A stretch of DNA of 64,000 nt from Ignavibacteriota bacterium (GTDB taxonomy: Bacteria; Bacteroidota; Ignavibacteria; UBA10030): NCBI GenBank assembly GCA_963727825.1, contig CAVSHO010000010.1, positions 160,001-224,000 on the forward strand, given 5' to 3'. Below are positions 22,324 through 31,961 of the stretch, piece by piece. The notes under the pieces are model-generated. The model saw only the letters and a list, made by a program, of their open reading frames with translations. It was not told the DNA's origin and did no database searches. Numbering within the stretch: the first letter of the stretch is position 1; each line of letters opens with the position of its first letter. Made by a program: the position numbers and the translations under genes.

Positions 22324-23055
22324 TTGGAAAATAGATTACGCTCGTTGTACTTATTGCAGTTAGTTGATTCAAACCTCGACGAGCTGCAAGAAATGAAAGG
22401 CGACTTGCCGCAAATCGTAGCTGAATTATCAGAGAACGTAAAGAACAAGCTCGCAAACAAGAAAGCTCTTGAGAATATTTTAAAAGAATCAATTGCTGTT
22501 CGAGACCAAACAGATTCAGATATCCTTTCTCTTAAAGCAAAAATTGAGAAGTATAAAGCTCAACAATTCCAGGTGAAGACTAACAAGCAATATGATATAT
22601 TGGCAAGAGAGATCGATCTCTCGCAAGAAAAGATCACTAAGCTTCAAAGAGATATGGAAATATTGGAAGGCAAAGCAATGCTTGCCAAAGAAGACGCAGA
22701 AAAGCTCATCCCCGAACTTGAAACACTTCAAGCAGAACTAACAAACCGAAAGAAAGAACTTGCCGCAGTTAACAAAGAGCATGAAGATGAAGAGTTAAAA
22801 TTACAACACCAGCGCGAGAAGATAGTTGGGAAAATCTCTAAAGGGGATTACCAGATGTACAGCAGAATCCGCAAAGCGGAAGATGGTCGTGCAATTGTAT
22901 CTGTGAAGCGGATGTCCTGCGGCGGATGTTTTAACCGTGTCACTCCGCAGCGAGTGTTGGAATTGCGGAAGAACGCTGCTATGATCGCTTGTGAGCGGTG
23001 CGGCCGTATTCTTGTATCGGATGAAATCGTTGAGAGCGCAAAAAAATTCCTATGA
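22324..23055 (+). CDS. Coiled-coil protein with C4 zinc ribbon (DUF164-like)
   Basis: Long coiled coil, CGGC...CERCGRIL; GAGGAG before the TTG at 22324; usual neighbour of nif3 and rnhA. Confidence 0.88.
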   Translation: MENRLRSLYLLQLVDSNLDELQEMKGDLPQIVAELSENVKNKLANKKALENILKESIAVRDQTDSDILSLKAKIEKYKAQQFQVKTNKQYDILAREIDLSQEKITKLQRDMEILEGKAMLAKEDAEKLIPELETLQAELTNRKKELAAVNKEHEDEELKLQHQREKIVGKISKGDYQMYSRIRKAEDGRAIVSVKRMSCGGCFNRVTPQRVLELRKNAAMIACERCGRILVSDEIVESAKKFL

Positions 23056-23468
23056 CTATTCTCGCTTATACGGATGGAGCTTCACGCGGTAATCCTGGTG
23101 AAAGCGGTGTCGGCATAATATTGAAGGATGAACTCGGCAATGTAATAGCATCGCAATATGGTTATATCGGAAAGGCAACAAATAATATCGCCGAATATAC
23201 TGCACTAGCCGCTTGCTTAAAACTAGTGCAAGCAACTAAATGCAGCCGCCTTGTGGTCCATTCTGACAGCGAATTGATGGTATGTCAATTGAATGGTCAA
23301 TATAAAGTGAAGGATATAAAACTGAAGAAACAATTTCAGAAAATCCAAAATATTCTAGTAACGGCCCCTTTTCAATTTATGATTAGGCACATATCACGCG
23401 AGAAAAATCGGGAAGCAGATGATTTAGCAAACCGTGGTATAGATACGAAGAAATTATTAGTCATTTAA
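23052..23468 (+). CDS. rnhA: Ribonuclease HI family protein
   Basis: YTDGASRGNPG, TNNIAEY, SDSEL and NREADDLAN motifs. Confidence 0.92.
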   Translation: MTILAYTDGASRGNPGESGVGIILKDELGNVIASQYGYIGKATNNIAEYTALAACLKLVQATKCSRLVVHSDSELMVCQLNGQYKVKDIKLKKQFQKIQNILVTAPFQFMIRHISREKNREADDLANRGIDTKKLLVI

Positions 23469-23532
23469 AATTGTTTTCTAATTGCATTCGATGCAGTTAA
23501 ATAGAATTTTGTTGAGAAAGCTGGACGTTGAG

Positions 23533-24065
23533 TCCAGAAGCAGAAGCTGGTGCATCAGGCAGCCGCTCTATTTCATCTAAGATGAAATGGGGAGGAAAGT
23601 CCGAACACCACAGGGCAAGGTGCCTCGCGTGTCTGTTAGAAGCGGTTGAATCCGCATCTAACTTAGAAAGCGGGGGTTCTGCAGGCGACATCCTGCAGAA
23701 ACGGAAAGTATCACAGAAAACACACATCCCGGTCCCTTCGCAAGAAGGAATTGAGAGAAAGGTGAAAAGGTGGTGTAAGAGACCACCGCATCGTCAGTAA
23801 TGGCGATGGTCGCGCAAGCGATCCCGTTATGACCGTTGGTCATAACGGGACAAGAGAAACCCCGCTTGGTGCAAGACCATGTAGATCCCGTTCTCGGTTT
23901 GGTGAAAATCAAACGGAGGCAGAGTTGCCCGCACAAGTTCACGAAAGTGAAGACGGGATGGGTAGGTCGCCAAGAGAAATGGCTGCCTCGTTTCGCTGTT
24001 TGCCTTGGCATTCAACGGGATCAGACAGAATTCGGCTTATCGATCAACCACTTCTTGCTTCTGGA
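23533..24065 (+). ncRNA. rnpB: RNase P RNA (type A, lacking P18, about 530 nt)
   Basis: GAGGAAAGTCC, ACAGAAA, GGTGAAA, GTAAGAG loop, GCAAGACC and ACAGAATTCGGCTTA conserved regions; P1 TCCAGAAGC/GCTTCTGGA; P2 GGCAGCC/GGCTGCC. Confidence 0.95.
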
Positions 24066-24140
24066 TTTCAGTGCACTTGAATCCAATCGAGTGCTCAGAT
24101 TTCTCACCACATTGATCAATCATTTTATTAAAGGATACCT

Positions 24141-25883
24141 TTGTCGCCTATTCGGGAATATCGCTGGACACTTCGCAAAGATACGAACGTAGCGCCAGAA
24201 ATTACTCAGACAGCACTATCATTGTCGCAGGAATTGTCCATTTCTCCAATCCTGACCGAAATACTTGTAAGCCGGGGCATTGATACATTCGAGAAAGCAC
24301 GGACATTCTTTCGACCAAGCTTGGAAGATCTACACGATCCATTTATTATGGATCAAATGGATGCCGCTGTAAAACGCATTTCAATGGCAATCTTGAACAA
24401 TGAACATATAGTTGTTTTTGGTGACTATGATGTTGATGGGACTGATAGCACTGCAATGTTATGGAAATTTCTGAAAGACGCTGGCGCGAACGTCAGCTAT
24501 TTCATTCCAGACAGAATCAAAGATGGTTATGGCATTTCGATAGCAGGCATCGATCACGTACACGATGCAGGAACTACGCTTCTAATTGCTGTCGATTGTG
24601 GCATTACAGCAGTTCAGCAAATTGAATATGCTCGCTCAAATAGCATTGATGTAATCATCTGCGATCATCATGAACCTGGGAATGAAATTCCTAAAGCTGC
24701 CGCTGTACTTGACGCCCTGAAATCATCATGTTCTTATCCATTTAAATATCTTTGCGGGTGTGGAGTCGCATTTAAATTGATTCAAGCGCTTGCTGCGTCT
24801 GAGCCAATTCAAAGCAAGCTTGGCGAAGATGCACCGAAACGCCTGCTCGACTATCTACAATACGTAACGCTGGCAACTACTGCAGACATCGTTCCGCTTG
24901 TCAATGAAAACCGAGTAATGGTTAAATTGGGATTGGAGCTTATTAACTCCATTCCAGTACCGGGAATCCAAGCACTTATCGAAACCTCGGGTTTATCACT
25001 TGGAAGAATTTCTTCAGGTCAGATTGTTTTCGTACTTGCACCGCGTATTAATGCAGTTGGAAGATTAGGAGATGCAAACCGAGCAGTTGAAATGCTTGCC
25101 AGTGATTCTTACGATCGTGCAGTTCAGATTGCCCGTGTTATGGAAAACGAAAACTTTGAGCGGCGTAAGATCGACGAGGAAACTTTTCTTCAAGCACAGG
25201 AAATTGTAGAAAAATATCTTGAAGCAGACAATGACAGCGCCATCGTTCTGCATCAGGAAGCTTGGCACCCCGGTGTTATCGGTATTGTCGCATCGAGACT
25301 GGTAGAACGGTATTATCGCCCCACTATTATGATGACAACGGTTGACGGCGTTGCCAAAGGTTCTGCCCGCAGTATCTCCGGCTTTAACATTCACGAAGCA
25401 CTGAAGCGGTGCGAAGACAAATTAATACAATTTGGCGGGCACAAATATGCCGCTGGCCTGACAGTAGAATTAGATAAGGTCGATGAATTCCGCGAAGCAT
25501 TTAAGCAAGTTGCCGCTGAACTTCTTACGGAAGATTTGCTTACACCAGAAATAAAGATTGATGCAGAAGTACAGCTTTCCGATCTAACACCAAAATTTAT
25601 TCGAGTGTTAAGTCAGTTCGCGCCATTCGGACCAGAGAACATGCGGCCTGTATTTGCAGCGCACAACGTGGAAGTTATTGGACAACCACGTATTGTTGGA
25701 AAGAACCATCTCCGTTTTAAGGTACGCAGCAACACGTACATTGTTGATGCCATCGGATTTAATCTCGGACATTTGCTCAGCCGTGTTCAAAGCGGCAGTA
25801 AGGTTGATGTGGCATTCTCGTTGGATGAAGGTGAATACGCCGGCGAAGCTGTGCCGCAATTAAAAATTCGAGATGTGAAGTGA
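24141..25883 (+). CDS. recJ: Single-stranded-DNA-specific exonuclease RecJ
   Basis: GDYDVDG, VDCG, CDHH, PRINAVGR, KGSARS, GGHKYAAG and PFGPEN motifs. Confidence 0.97.
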   Translation: MSPIREYRWTLRKDTNVAPEITQTALSLSQELSISPILTEILVSRGIDTFEKARTFFRPSLEDLHDPFIMDQMDAAVKRISMAILNNEHIVVFGDYDVDGTDSTAMLWKFLKDAGANVSYFIPDRIKDGYGISIAGIDHVHDAGTTLLIAVDCGITAVQQIEYARSNSIDVIICDHHEPGNEIPKAAAVLDALKSSCSYPFKYLCGCGVAFKLIQALAASEPIQSKLGEDAPKRLLDYLQYVTLATTADIVPLVNENRVMVKLGLELINSIPVPGIQALIETSGLSLGRISSGQIVFVLAPRINAVGRLGDANRAVEMLASDSYDRAVQIARVMENENFERRKIDEETFLQAQEIVEKYLEADNDSAIVLHQEAWHPGVIGIVASRLVERYYRPTIMMTTVDGVAKGSARSISGFNIHEALKRCEDKLIQFGGHKYAAGLTVELDKVDEFREAFKQVAAELLTEDLLTPEIKIDAEVQLSDLTPKFIRVLSQFAPFGPENMRPVFAAHNVEVIGQPRIVGKNHLRFKVRSNTYIVDAIGFNLGHLLSRVQSGSKVDVAFSLDEGEYAGEAVPQLKIRDVK

Positions 25884-26002
25884 GCCTATGAGTGATAAAA
25901 CACTTGAGCCCGAATATTTCACCAATCATTTTAGACGTTCAACTACATATCTGCTCAAAAGCGCAGATGTTCCATAACTCTCAACTTTTAAGGAGAGGAT
26001 AA

Positions 26003-26758
26003 ATGTCCGGTCATAGTAAGTGGTCAACAATAAAGCGGAAGAAAGCAGTTACCGACGCGCGACGCGGCAAAATCTTCACGCAAGTCATCAAGGAAATAAC
26101 TGTCGCCGCAAAACTTGGCGGCGGTGATTCAAATAGTAATGCGCGGCTACGATTCGCGATTGAGAAAGCGAAAGCAAGCAATATGCCTGCCGATAACATT
26201 AAGCGCGCCATACAAAAGGGAACTGGTGAATTGCCCGGTGTCAATTATGAAGACGTGGTGTACGAAGTCTATGGACCGGGCGGTGTCGCTATTATTATCG
26301 AAACCGTGACAGACAATAAAAACCGCACAATCTCGGACATTCGTCATATACTTGAAAGAAACCATGGCAAGATTGCAATGGCCGGATCTGTGGCTTTCCA
26401 ATTTCATAAGAAAGGCATCATACTTGTACTAAAGTCCGTTATACAGGAAGACGATTTGCTCTCCATCATTCTTGATGCTGGAGCCGAAGACATGAAAATT
26501 GAAGGCGAAGAGTACAGCATTATTTGCGCACCTGAAAATTTTGAGAAGGTGAAACAAGCCCTCATAACAAAAAATATTAAGATCGAATCCGCTGAAATTC
26601 TTCTCGTCGCCGACAATACAGTAAAAGTGGAAGGAAAAGATGCGGAAAACTTACTGAAGCTATTAGAAGTACTTGAAGACTATGACGATGTGCAAAAAGT
26701 ACATGCCAATTTCGATATTGACGATAAGGAATTAGCACGAATAGGAACTGGAAATTAA
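26003..26758 (+). CDS. yebC: YebC/PmpR family regulator
   Basis: MSGHSKW start, GPGGVA, TDNKNRT and DDVQKV motifs. Confidence 0.96.
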   Translation: MSGHSKWSTIKRKKAVTDARRGKIFTQVIKEITVAAKLGGGDSNSNARLRFAIEKAKASNMPADNIKRAIQKGTGELPGVNYEDVVYEVYGPGGVAIIIETVTDNKNRTISDIRHILERNHGKIAMAGSVAFQFHKKGIILVLKSVIQEDDLLSIILDAGAEDMKIEGEEYSIICAPENFEKVKQALITKNIKIESAEILLVADNTVKVEGKDAENLLKLLEVLEDYDDVQKVHANFDIDDKELARIGTGN

Positions 26759-26842
26759 TTGATTGTTATTTAGTGAATTGGTGATGAGAAATCTCTATCT
26801 TATATAAATGATGAATTACAGATCACTTAGTCATCAATTATT

Positions 26843-27418
26843 ATGATAATTCTTGGTGTTGATCCTGGGACTCTCATTACAGGCTTTGGCGTTATAGAAG
26901 TAGAACGGGGAAAGTATTCCGTACTCACTTATAATGTTGTAAAAAATTCCGGCAATGACTCCATGCCAATCCGCTTGAAACGAATTTACGATCGACTATG
27001 TGAAATCATCAACAATTATCATCCGGATGAGTTTGCTATCGAAACTGCATTCTATGGAAAGAATGCACAATCGGCTTTAAAGATTGGCCATTCACGCGGC
27101 GTATCAATATTGGCGGCAGTGAATTATGAAATTCCGACCACTGAATATTCTCCACGTGAAGTCAAGAAAGCCGTTACCGGCAACGGTGCTGCTTCAAAAC
27201 AGCAAGTGCAGTTCATGGTGCAGACACATCTGAAGCTTCGCGAAACACCAAAATATTTTGATGTCTCAGACGCGCTCGCAGTCGCTTTATGCCATTCGTT
27301 CCGAATAACGGGCGGCAAAGCGACATCCAAACGCACACGGAGGATTGCTTCGAATACACATCGAAGCTGGTCGGATTTCATTCATTCGCATCCAGAACGA
27401 GTTGTGGGGAAAAAATGA
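26843..27418 (+). CDS. ruvC: Holliday junction resolvase RuvC
   Basis: LGVDPG, AIE, EYSPREVK...G.GAASK and DVSDALAVA motifs. Confidence 0.96.
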   Translation: MIILGVDPGTLITGFGVIEVERGKYSVLTYNVVKNSGNDSMPIRLKRIYDRLCEIINNYHPDEFAIETAFYGKNAQSALKIGHSRGVSILAAVNYEIPTTEYSPREVKKAVTGNGAASKQQVQFMVQTHLKLRETPKYFDVSDALAVALCHSFRITGGKATSKRTRRIASNTHRSWSDFIHSHPERVVGKK

Positions 27419-28023
27419 TCGCATCTCTTACGGGTATCCTTAAATATAAAAGTCCCACGGAAATTCTTATTGATGTACACGGCGTCGGTTACAACGTTAG
27501 TATTCCACTTTCTACATATGAAAAGCTTGGAGAAATAGGTTCATCAATTTCCCTGCTAACATATTTCCACGTGCGCGAAGATGCCATGCAGTTGTTTGGA
27601 TTTTTTTCAGATGAAGAACGACGACTCTTCAAACTTCTAATTTCGGTGTCGGGCATAGGACCTAAGATTGCACAGAGCGTTCTTTCTGGAATGAATGTTG
27701 AAGAGCTCAAATCATATCTTATCAGTGGAAACGTCATTGCTCTAACGGCTATTCCCGGCGTTGGTAAAAAAACAGCCGAACGTTTGATCTTAGAATTGCG
27801 CGATAAAATCGGCAAAACGATTGCTGATGCCGAACCTCTCTCAACCCAAGGTATGGAATCTGCCGCAATGCGCACGGAAGCACTTCAAGCGCTCACATCG
27901 TTGGGATACAATCTGCAAATCGCTGAAAAATCTATTCGGCTTGTTTTGAAAGAAGCTGAGGGTTCGAATATTTCCCTTGAAGAACTCATCAAACGAGCGC
28001 TTCGTCACACGAACGTTCGATAA
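27415..28023 (+). CDS. ruvA: Holliday junction branch migration protein RuvA
   Basis: MIASLTG, GVGY, VRED, VSGIGPK, IPGVGKKTAER; ATGA overlap with the ruvC stop. Confidence 0.96.
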   Translation: MIASLTGILKYKSPTEILIDVHGVGYNVSIPLSTYEKLGEIGSSISLLTYFHVREDAMQLFGFFSDEERRLFKLLISVSGIGPKIAQSVLSGMNVEELKSYLISGNVIALTAIPGVGKKTAERLILELRDKIGKTIADAEPLSTQGMESAAMRTEALQALTSLGYNLQIAEKSIRLVLKEAEGSNISLEELIKRALRHTNVR

Positions 28024-28064
28024 ATCGACCTTAATATTCTGCTAAATGTTTTTCAAGTGTTGTA

Positions 28065-28093
28065 TTGCAATTCTCTGCGGTTCTTGGTAATAT
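28065..28093 (+). promoter_or_regulatory. Putative internal promoter of ruvB
   Basis: TTGCAA-N17-TAATAT ending 7 nt before the ATG. Confidence 0.45.
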
Positions 28094-28100
28094 TCCATAA

Positions 28101-29153
28101 ATGAGACAGTCCAATTTGACAAAACCCGAACGATTGGATCAAGAAATTGATCTTGATCAAACATTGCGCCCGTCTGCACTTACAGATTTTGTCGGACAGG
28201 ATAAAATTGTAGAGAATCTGAAAGTATTCATTACGGCGGCGAGGCAGCGTAATGAACCGCTCGATCATGTTTTATTGACCGGTCCTCCCGGACTTGGGAA
28301 AACAACGCTTGCCCACATCGTTGCGCACGAAATGGGTACTGGTATTAAAATGACCTCTGGTCCGGCGTTAGAAAAACCAGGCGACCTTGCGGGCATTCTT
28401 ACTTCACTCGAGAAATCTGAAGTACTCTTCATCGACGAAATCCACCGCGTGCCTGCAAGAATAGAAGAATATTTATACTCCGCGATGGAAGATTTTCGAG
28501 TTGATATTGTGATAGACAGTGGACCTGGAGCAAAAACAATTCAACTTGGCCTTCAGCCATTTACTTTGGTTGGAGCTACAACACGTGCTGGATTGCTAAG
28601 TTCACCCTTGCGATCTCGATTTGGTATCACCAATCGTTTAGATTATTATTCATATGACCAATTAGACTGCATAATTCGGCGTTCGGCAGGTATTTTATCG
28701 ATAACGGCAGAATCAGAAGCAACTATAGAAATTGCCAAACGTTCGCGAGGAACGCCGCGTATTGCCAATCGTCTATTGAAACGGTGCCGCGATTTTGCAC
28801 AGGCAGATGCACGGCTGGCGCATTTCGATGGAATCATCACGAAAGAGGTTGCTGAGTTTTCACTGAAGGCTTTGGAAGTGGACGAGTACGGATTTGACGA
28901 AATGGATAAACGCATTCTATCCGCTATCATTAAAAAATATAATGGCGGGCCAGTCGGAGTCAGCACACTTGCAGTTGCCGTTGGCGAAGAATCAGGAACA
29001 CTGGAAGAAGTATATGAACCGTATCTTATTCAAGAGGGTTTTTTGAAACGGACTTCTCGCGGCCGCGAGGCAACCGCACTCGCCTATAAGCATTTCGGCG
29101 TTCCGATGAAACGAGAATCAATACAGCAATCACAGATTGAATTTGACAGCTAA
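28101..29153 (+). CDS. ruvB: Holliday junction DNA helicase RuvB
   Basis: [35 protein letters not shown] and EPYLIQ motifs. Confidence 0.98.
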   Translation: MRQSNLTKPERLDQEIDLDQTLRPSALTDFVGQDKIVENLKVFITAARQRNEPLDHVLLTGPPGLGKTTLAHIVAHEMGTGIKMTSGPALEKPGDLAGILTSLEKSEVLFIDEIHRVPARIEEYLYSAMEDFRVDIVIDSGPGAKTIQLGLQPFTLVGATTRAGLLSSPLRSRFGITNRLDYYSYDQLDCIIRRSAGILSITAESEATIEIAKRSRGTPRIANRLLKRCRDFAQADARLAHFDGIITKEVAEFSLKALEVDEYGFDEMDKRILSAIIKKYNGGPVGVSTLAVAVGEESGTLEEVYEPYLIQEGFLKRTSRGREATALAYKHFGVPMKRESIQQSQIEFDS

Positions 29154-29177
29154 CGTCGGAAATACAGGAAGAATAAT

Positions 29178-31067
29178 ATGATGAAGCATAAGCGAAATTT
29201 TCCTTGGCTGCTGATCTTCACCTGTTGTATGATTAATTTCGCTGAATGGAAATTCGTTTATTCCCAAAACGCACCATCAGACGGAGTGTCATTTCAAGCA
29301 ATAACATTTATTGATGCGAACAAAGTTATTGCCGTTGGCGATAGCGGAACTATTGCGCTTTCTACCGATATGGGCAAAACGTGGTCGATGCGGCGCAACG
29401 TCAACCACATAACGACTCCCTTGAATGGAGTAGCATTTGCAAATGCTGCGCGTGGTTTTGTCGTAGGAACAAATGGCGTCCTTCTAATGACAACAAATGG
29501 CGGAGGAACATCTTGGGACAAACAACTCATCAACTCTACGGCAACGTTGCATTCAATCTCTTTCAGCAATGAGATGACCGGCACTATTGTCGGCGATAAT
29601 GGCATGATATATCATTCTCTCGATGGCGGATATGATTGGTTCATGCAAACAAGTGGCGTTCGTCTCAATCTAAACAGTGTAGTTATCATGGACAACAAAA
29701 CTGGAATCGCTGTCGGCGACCATGGTACAATTCTTCGCACAACAGATGATGGAAATACTTGGACTAACCTTTCTTCTTCATTCATTCCTTATAATTTTTA
29801 TTCCGTTTCTTTTAACGGATTGAATAACGGAATTATAGTCGGTGAGAATGGAACTATACTCCATACGACGAATGGAGGCTTAAGTTGGACTTTAGAACCA
29901 AGCGGCGTCATGCAGACACTTTTTTGTTCTGCCTTTCCCTCCTCAAATTTTTCTATTGCTGCAGGTGCTTCTGCCACAATTCTTACGTCAATAAGAGGAA
30001 TAAATTGGCTGAAACAATCGAACATAACGCGTAACACAATTATTGCGACAGCGTTTGCTGATGCGAAGGTTGGCATTGCAGTTGGGGCTCAACAAACTAT
30101 TATTCGAACGACGGACGGCGCAATCACTTGGAATACTGTGATACCTGCGTTGGAAAAACCGGTTCCACTGCCGGCGATAACTGCGTTACCAGAGAGATTT
30201 CTGAAAAAGAATATTGCTACCGCCGTGGGAACGAATGGTCTAATTCTCCAATCCAAGGATTTCGGTGCATCATGGGCGAAAATAGTCGGCACAAGCGAGA
30301 ACACACTCATATCAATCTCTGCTGTAGACCAAACGAATGCTACGGCTGTTGGGAACGGCGGTATTATTCTCCACACGAGCGACGCTGGAGCAACTTGGAT
30401 AACTCAATTGAGTACAACCACCAGGCCATTATTCCGGTCATGCTTCACAAGCATTGACAATGGAATAGCAGTTGGCGATTTAGGCATTATGCTGAAAACA
30501 TCGAACGGCGGGACAACCTGGATCAAACAGCCATCGGGTACGGTCAATCATCTGCGCGATATTGCATTCATCGACAATAAAACCGGTATTTCTGTCGGAG
30601 CAATGGGAACAATTATAGGTACTATCGATGGCGGAATGACATGGACATTGCAGGAAAGTGGAACAACAAGCTGGCTAAATTCTGCAGTGCTTCTTTCTAA
30701 AACCACATTCATCGCCGTTGGTGCAGACGGAATAATTTTACGATCCACAGACAAAGGCAAAATATGGATATCACAAGTAAGCGGAACTACAAAGGAATTG
30801 TTAAACGCTTTCTGCATCGATTCAAATAATGTATTTGTTGTTGGAACAGAGGGAACAATATTACACACTCTAGATGGCGGGATAAAGTGGACTGAGATTA
30901 GAAGTCAATCTACCAACGACTTGCGTTCAATTCAATTCTTCGATGAAAAACAAGGTATCATTGTCGGAGCTGGAGGAATAATTCTGAGGACAACAAACGG
31001 CGGGACATCTTGGACAAAAGTGGAAACAGATTTCCCGTTATCACTTTTTAGTTTAACAATCAATTAA
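29178..31067 (+). CDS. Secreted YCF48/BNR (Asp-box) repeat protein, probably two beta-propellers
   Basis: Signal peptide; about 14 repeats of about 41 aa (AVG..G.IL.T.DGG.TW); central Pro-rich linker PALEKPVPLPA. Confidence 0.85.
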   Translation: MMKHKRNFPWLLIFTCCMINFAEWKFVYSQNAPSDGVSFQAITFIDANKVIAVGDSGTIALSTDMGKTWSMRRNVNHITTPLNGVAFANAARGFVVGTNGVLLMTTNGGGTSWDKQLINSTATLHSISFSNEMTGTIVGDNGMIYHSLDGGYDWFMQTSGVRLNLNSVVIMDNKTGIAVGDHGTILRTTDDGNTWTNLSSSFIPYNFYSVSFNGLNNGIIVGENGTILHTTNGGLSWTLEPSGVMQTLFCSAFPSSNFSIAAGASATILTSIRGINWLKQSNITRNTIIATAFADAKVGIAVGAQQTIIRTTDGAITWNTVIPALEKPVPLPAITALPERFLKKNIATAVGTNGLILQSKDFGASWAKIVGTSENTLISISAVDQTNATAVGNGGIILHTSDAGATWITQLSTTTRPLFRSCFTSIDNGIAVGDLGIMLKTSNGGTTWIKQPSGTVNHLRDIAFIDNKTGISVGAMGTIIGTIDGGMTWTLQESGTTSWLNSAVLLSKTTFIAVGADGIILRSTDKGKIWISQVSGTTKELLNAFCIDSNNVFVVGTEGTILHTLDGGIKWTEIRSQSTNDLRSIQFFDEKQGIIVGAGGIILRTTNGGTSWTKVETDFPLSLFSLTIN

Positions 31068-31088
31068 AACCTAAGTACCGTTCATTCT

Positions 31089-31838
31089 CTATTTTCCATA
31101 ATATTTTTTCAAGACTTTTAGTACTGTTTCCATATCTTTAGGCATTTGTGCTTCTATTAACATCTTCTTGCCTGTCGTTGGATGAATGAAGGAAAGAGAA
31201 AAAGCATGAAGAGCTGACCGCGCCAGAAGCGGTTTCTCTTCCCCACTCGGCTTATAATTTCGTTTTACGCTCGAAAGAAAAAACCAACCGCTATTACTAT
31301 ACAAAGGATCAGCCAGAATCGGCAATCCGACAGCACTTAAGTGAACACGAATTTGGTGCGTGCGCCCTGTGTGTGGTTTTGCCTCGACAAACGCGTAGCC
31401 ATTAAATTTTTCAATTATTTTATAATCTGTTATCGCTTCTTTTCCATTTTTCCTATCAATTTTCATTTTTCTAACGCCGTGTTCATTCTCTGTTATTGGC
31501 AAATTGATGCAGCCACTATCAGCGTTCGGCGATCCGGTAACAATTGCCCGATATATTTTTTCCACCTGTCGCTTTTCAAAAGCCGTATTGAGAAGTGCAT
31601 GTGCCTCAGCGGACTTGGCAAAGAGCACAACACCGCTTGTCTCTCTATCAATTCTGTGCACAATAAAAATATTTCCGAGCGTTTCCTTTAATAACTCATA
31701 CAGATTAATCAATTTCCTGTCGAACCGATCCGGTAGTACTAATAATCCGGCAGGCTTATTGATAACAATAATGGTATCGTCTTCTAGAAGGATACCACCA
31801 CGATTCTTCTTGAGAATATTTTCAAGCTTCCATCGCAT
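31089..31838 (-). CDS. RluA-family pseudouridine synthase
   Basis: INKPAGL, VHRIDRETSG, TGRTHQIRVH and LHA motifs. Confidence 0.93.
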   Translation of the reverse strand: MRWKLENILKKNRGGILLEDDTIIVINKPAGLLVLPDRFDRKLINLYELLKETLGNIFIVHRIDRETSGVVLFAKSAEAHALLNTAFEKRQVEKIYRAIVTGSPNADSGCINLPITENEHGVRKMKIDRKNGKEAITDYKIIEKFNGYAFVEAKPHTGRTHQIRVHLSAVGLPILADPLYSNSGWFFLSSVKRNYKPSGEEKPLLARSALHAFSLSFIHPTTGKKMLIEAQMPKDMETVLKVLKKYYGK

Positions 31839-31961
31839 AACGATTTATTTTCAATGTAGAACCGCATTTGTTGAAAAACAAGCGATTGAAGAAATTGATT
31901 GTCAATAGAAATTGATTTACATTCGTTCAAATATTTGTTGGGAAAGAGCAGGAATAGGACT

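Noticed and set aside
23497-24192. Six short ORFs on both strands between rnhA and recJ
   Set aside because: They overlap the RNase P RNA gene and have no recognisable protein motifs.
29178-31067. Periodic sequence resembling an array
   Set aside because: The repeats are degenerate, in-frame protein repeats of about 123 bp, not identical CRISPR repeats with spacers; no cas genes seen.
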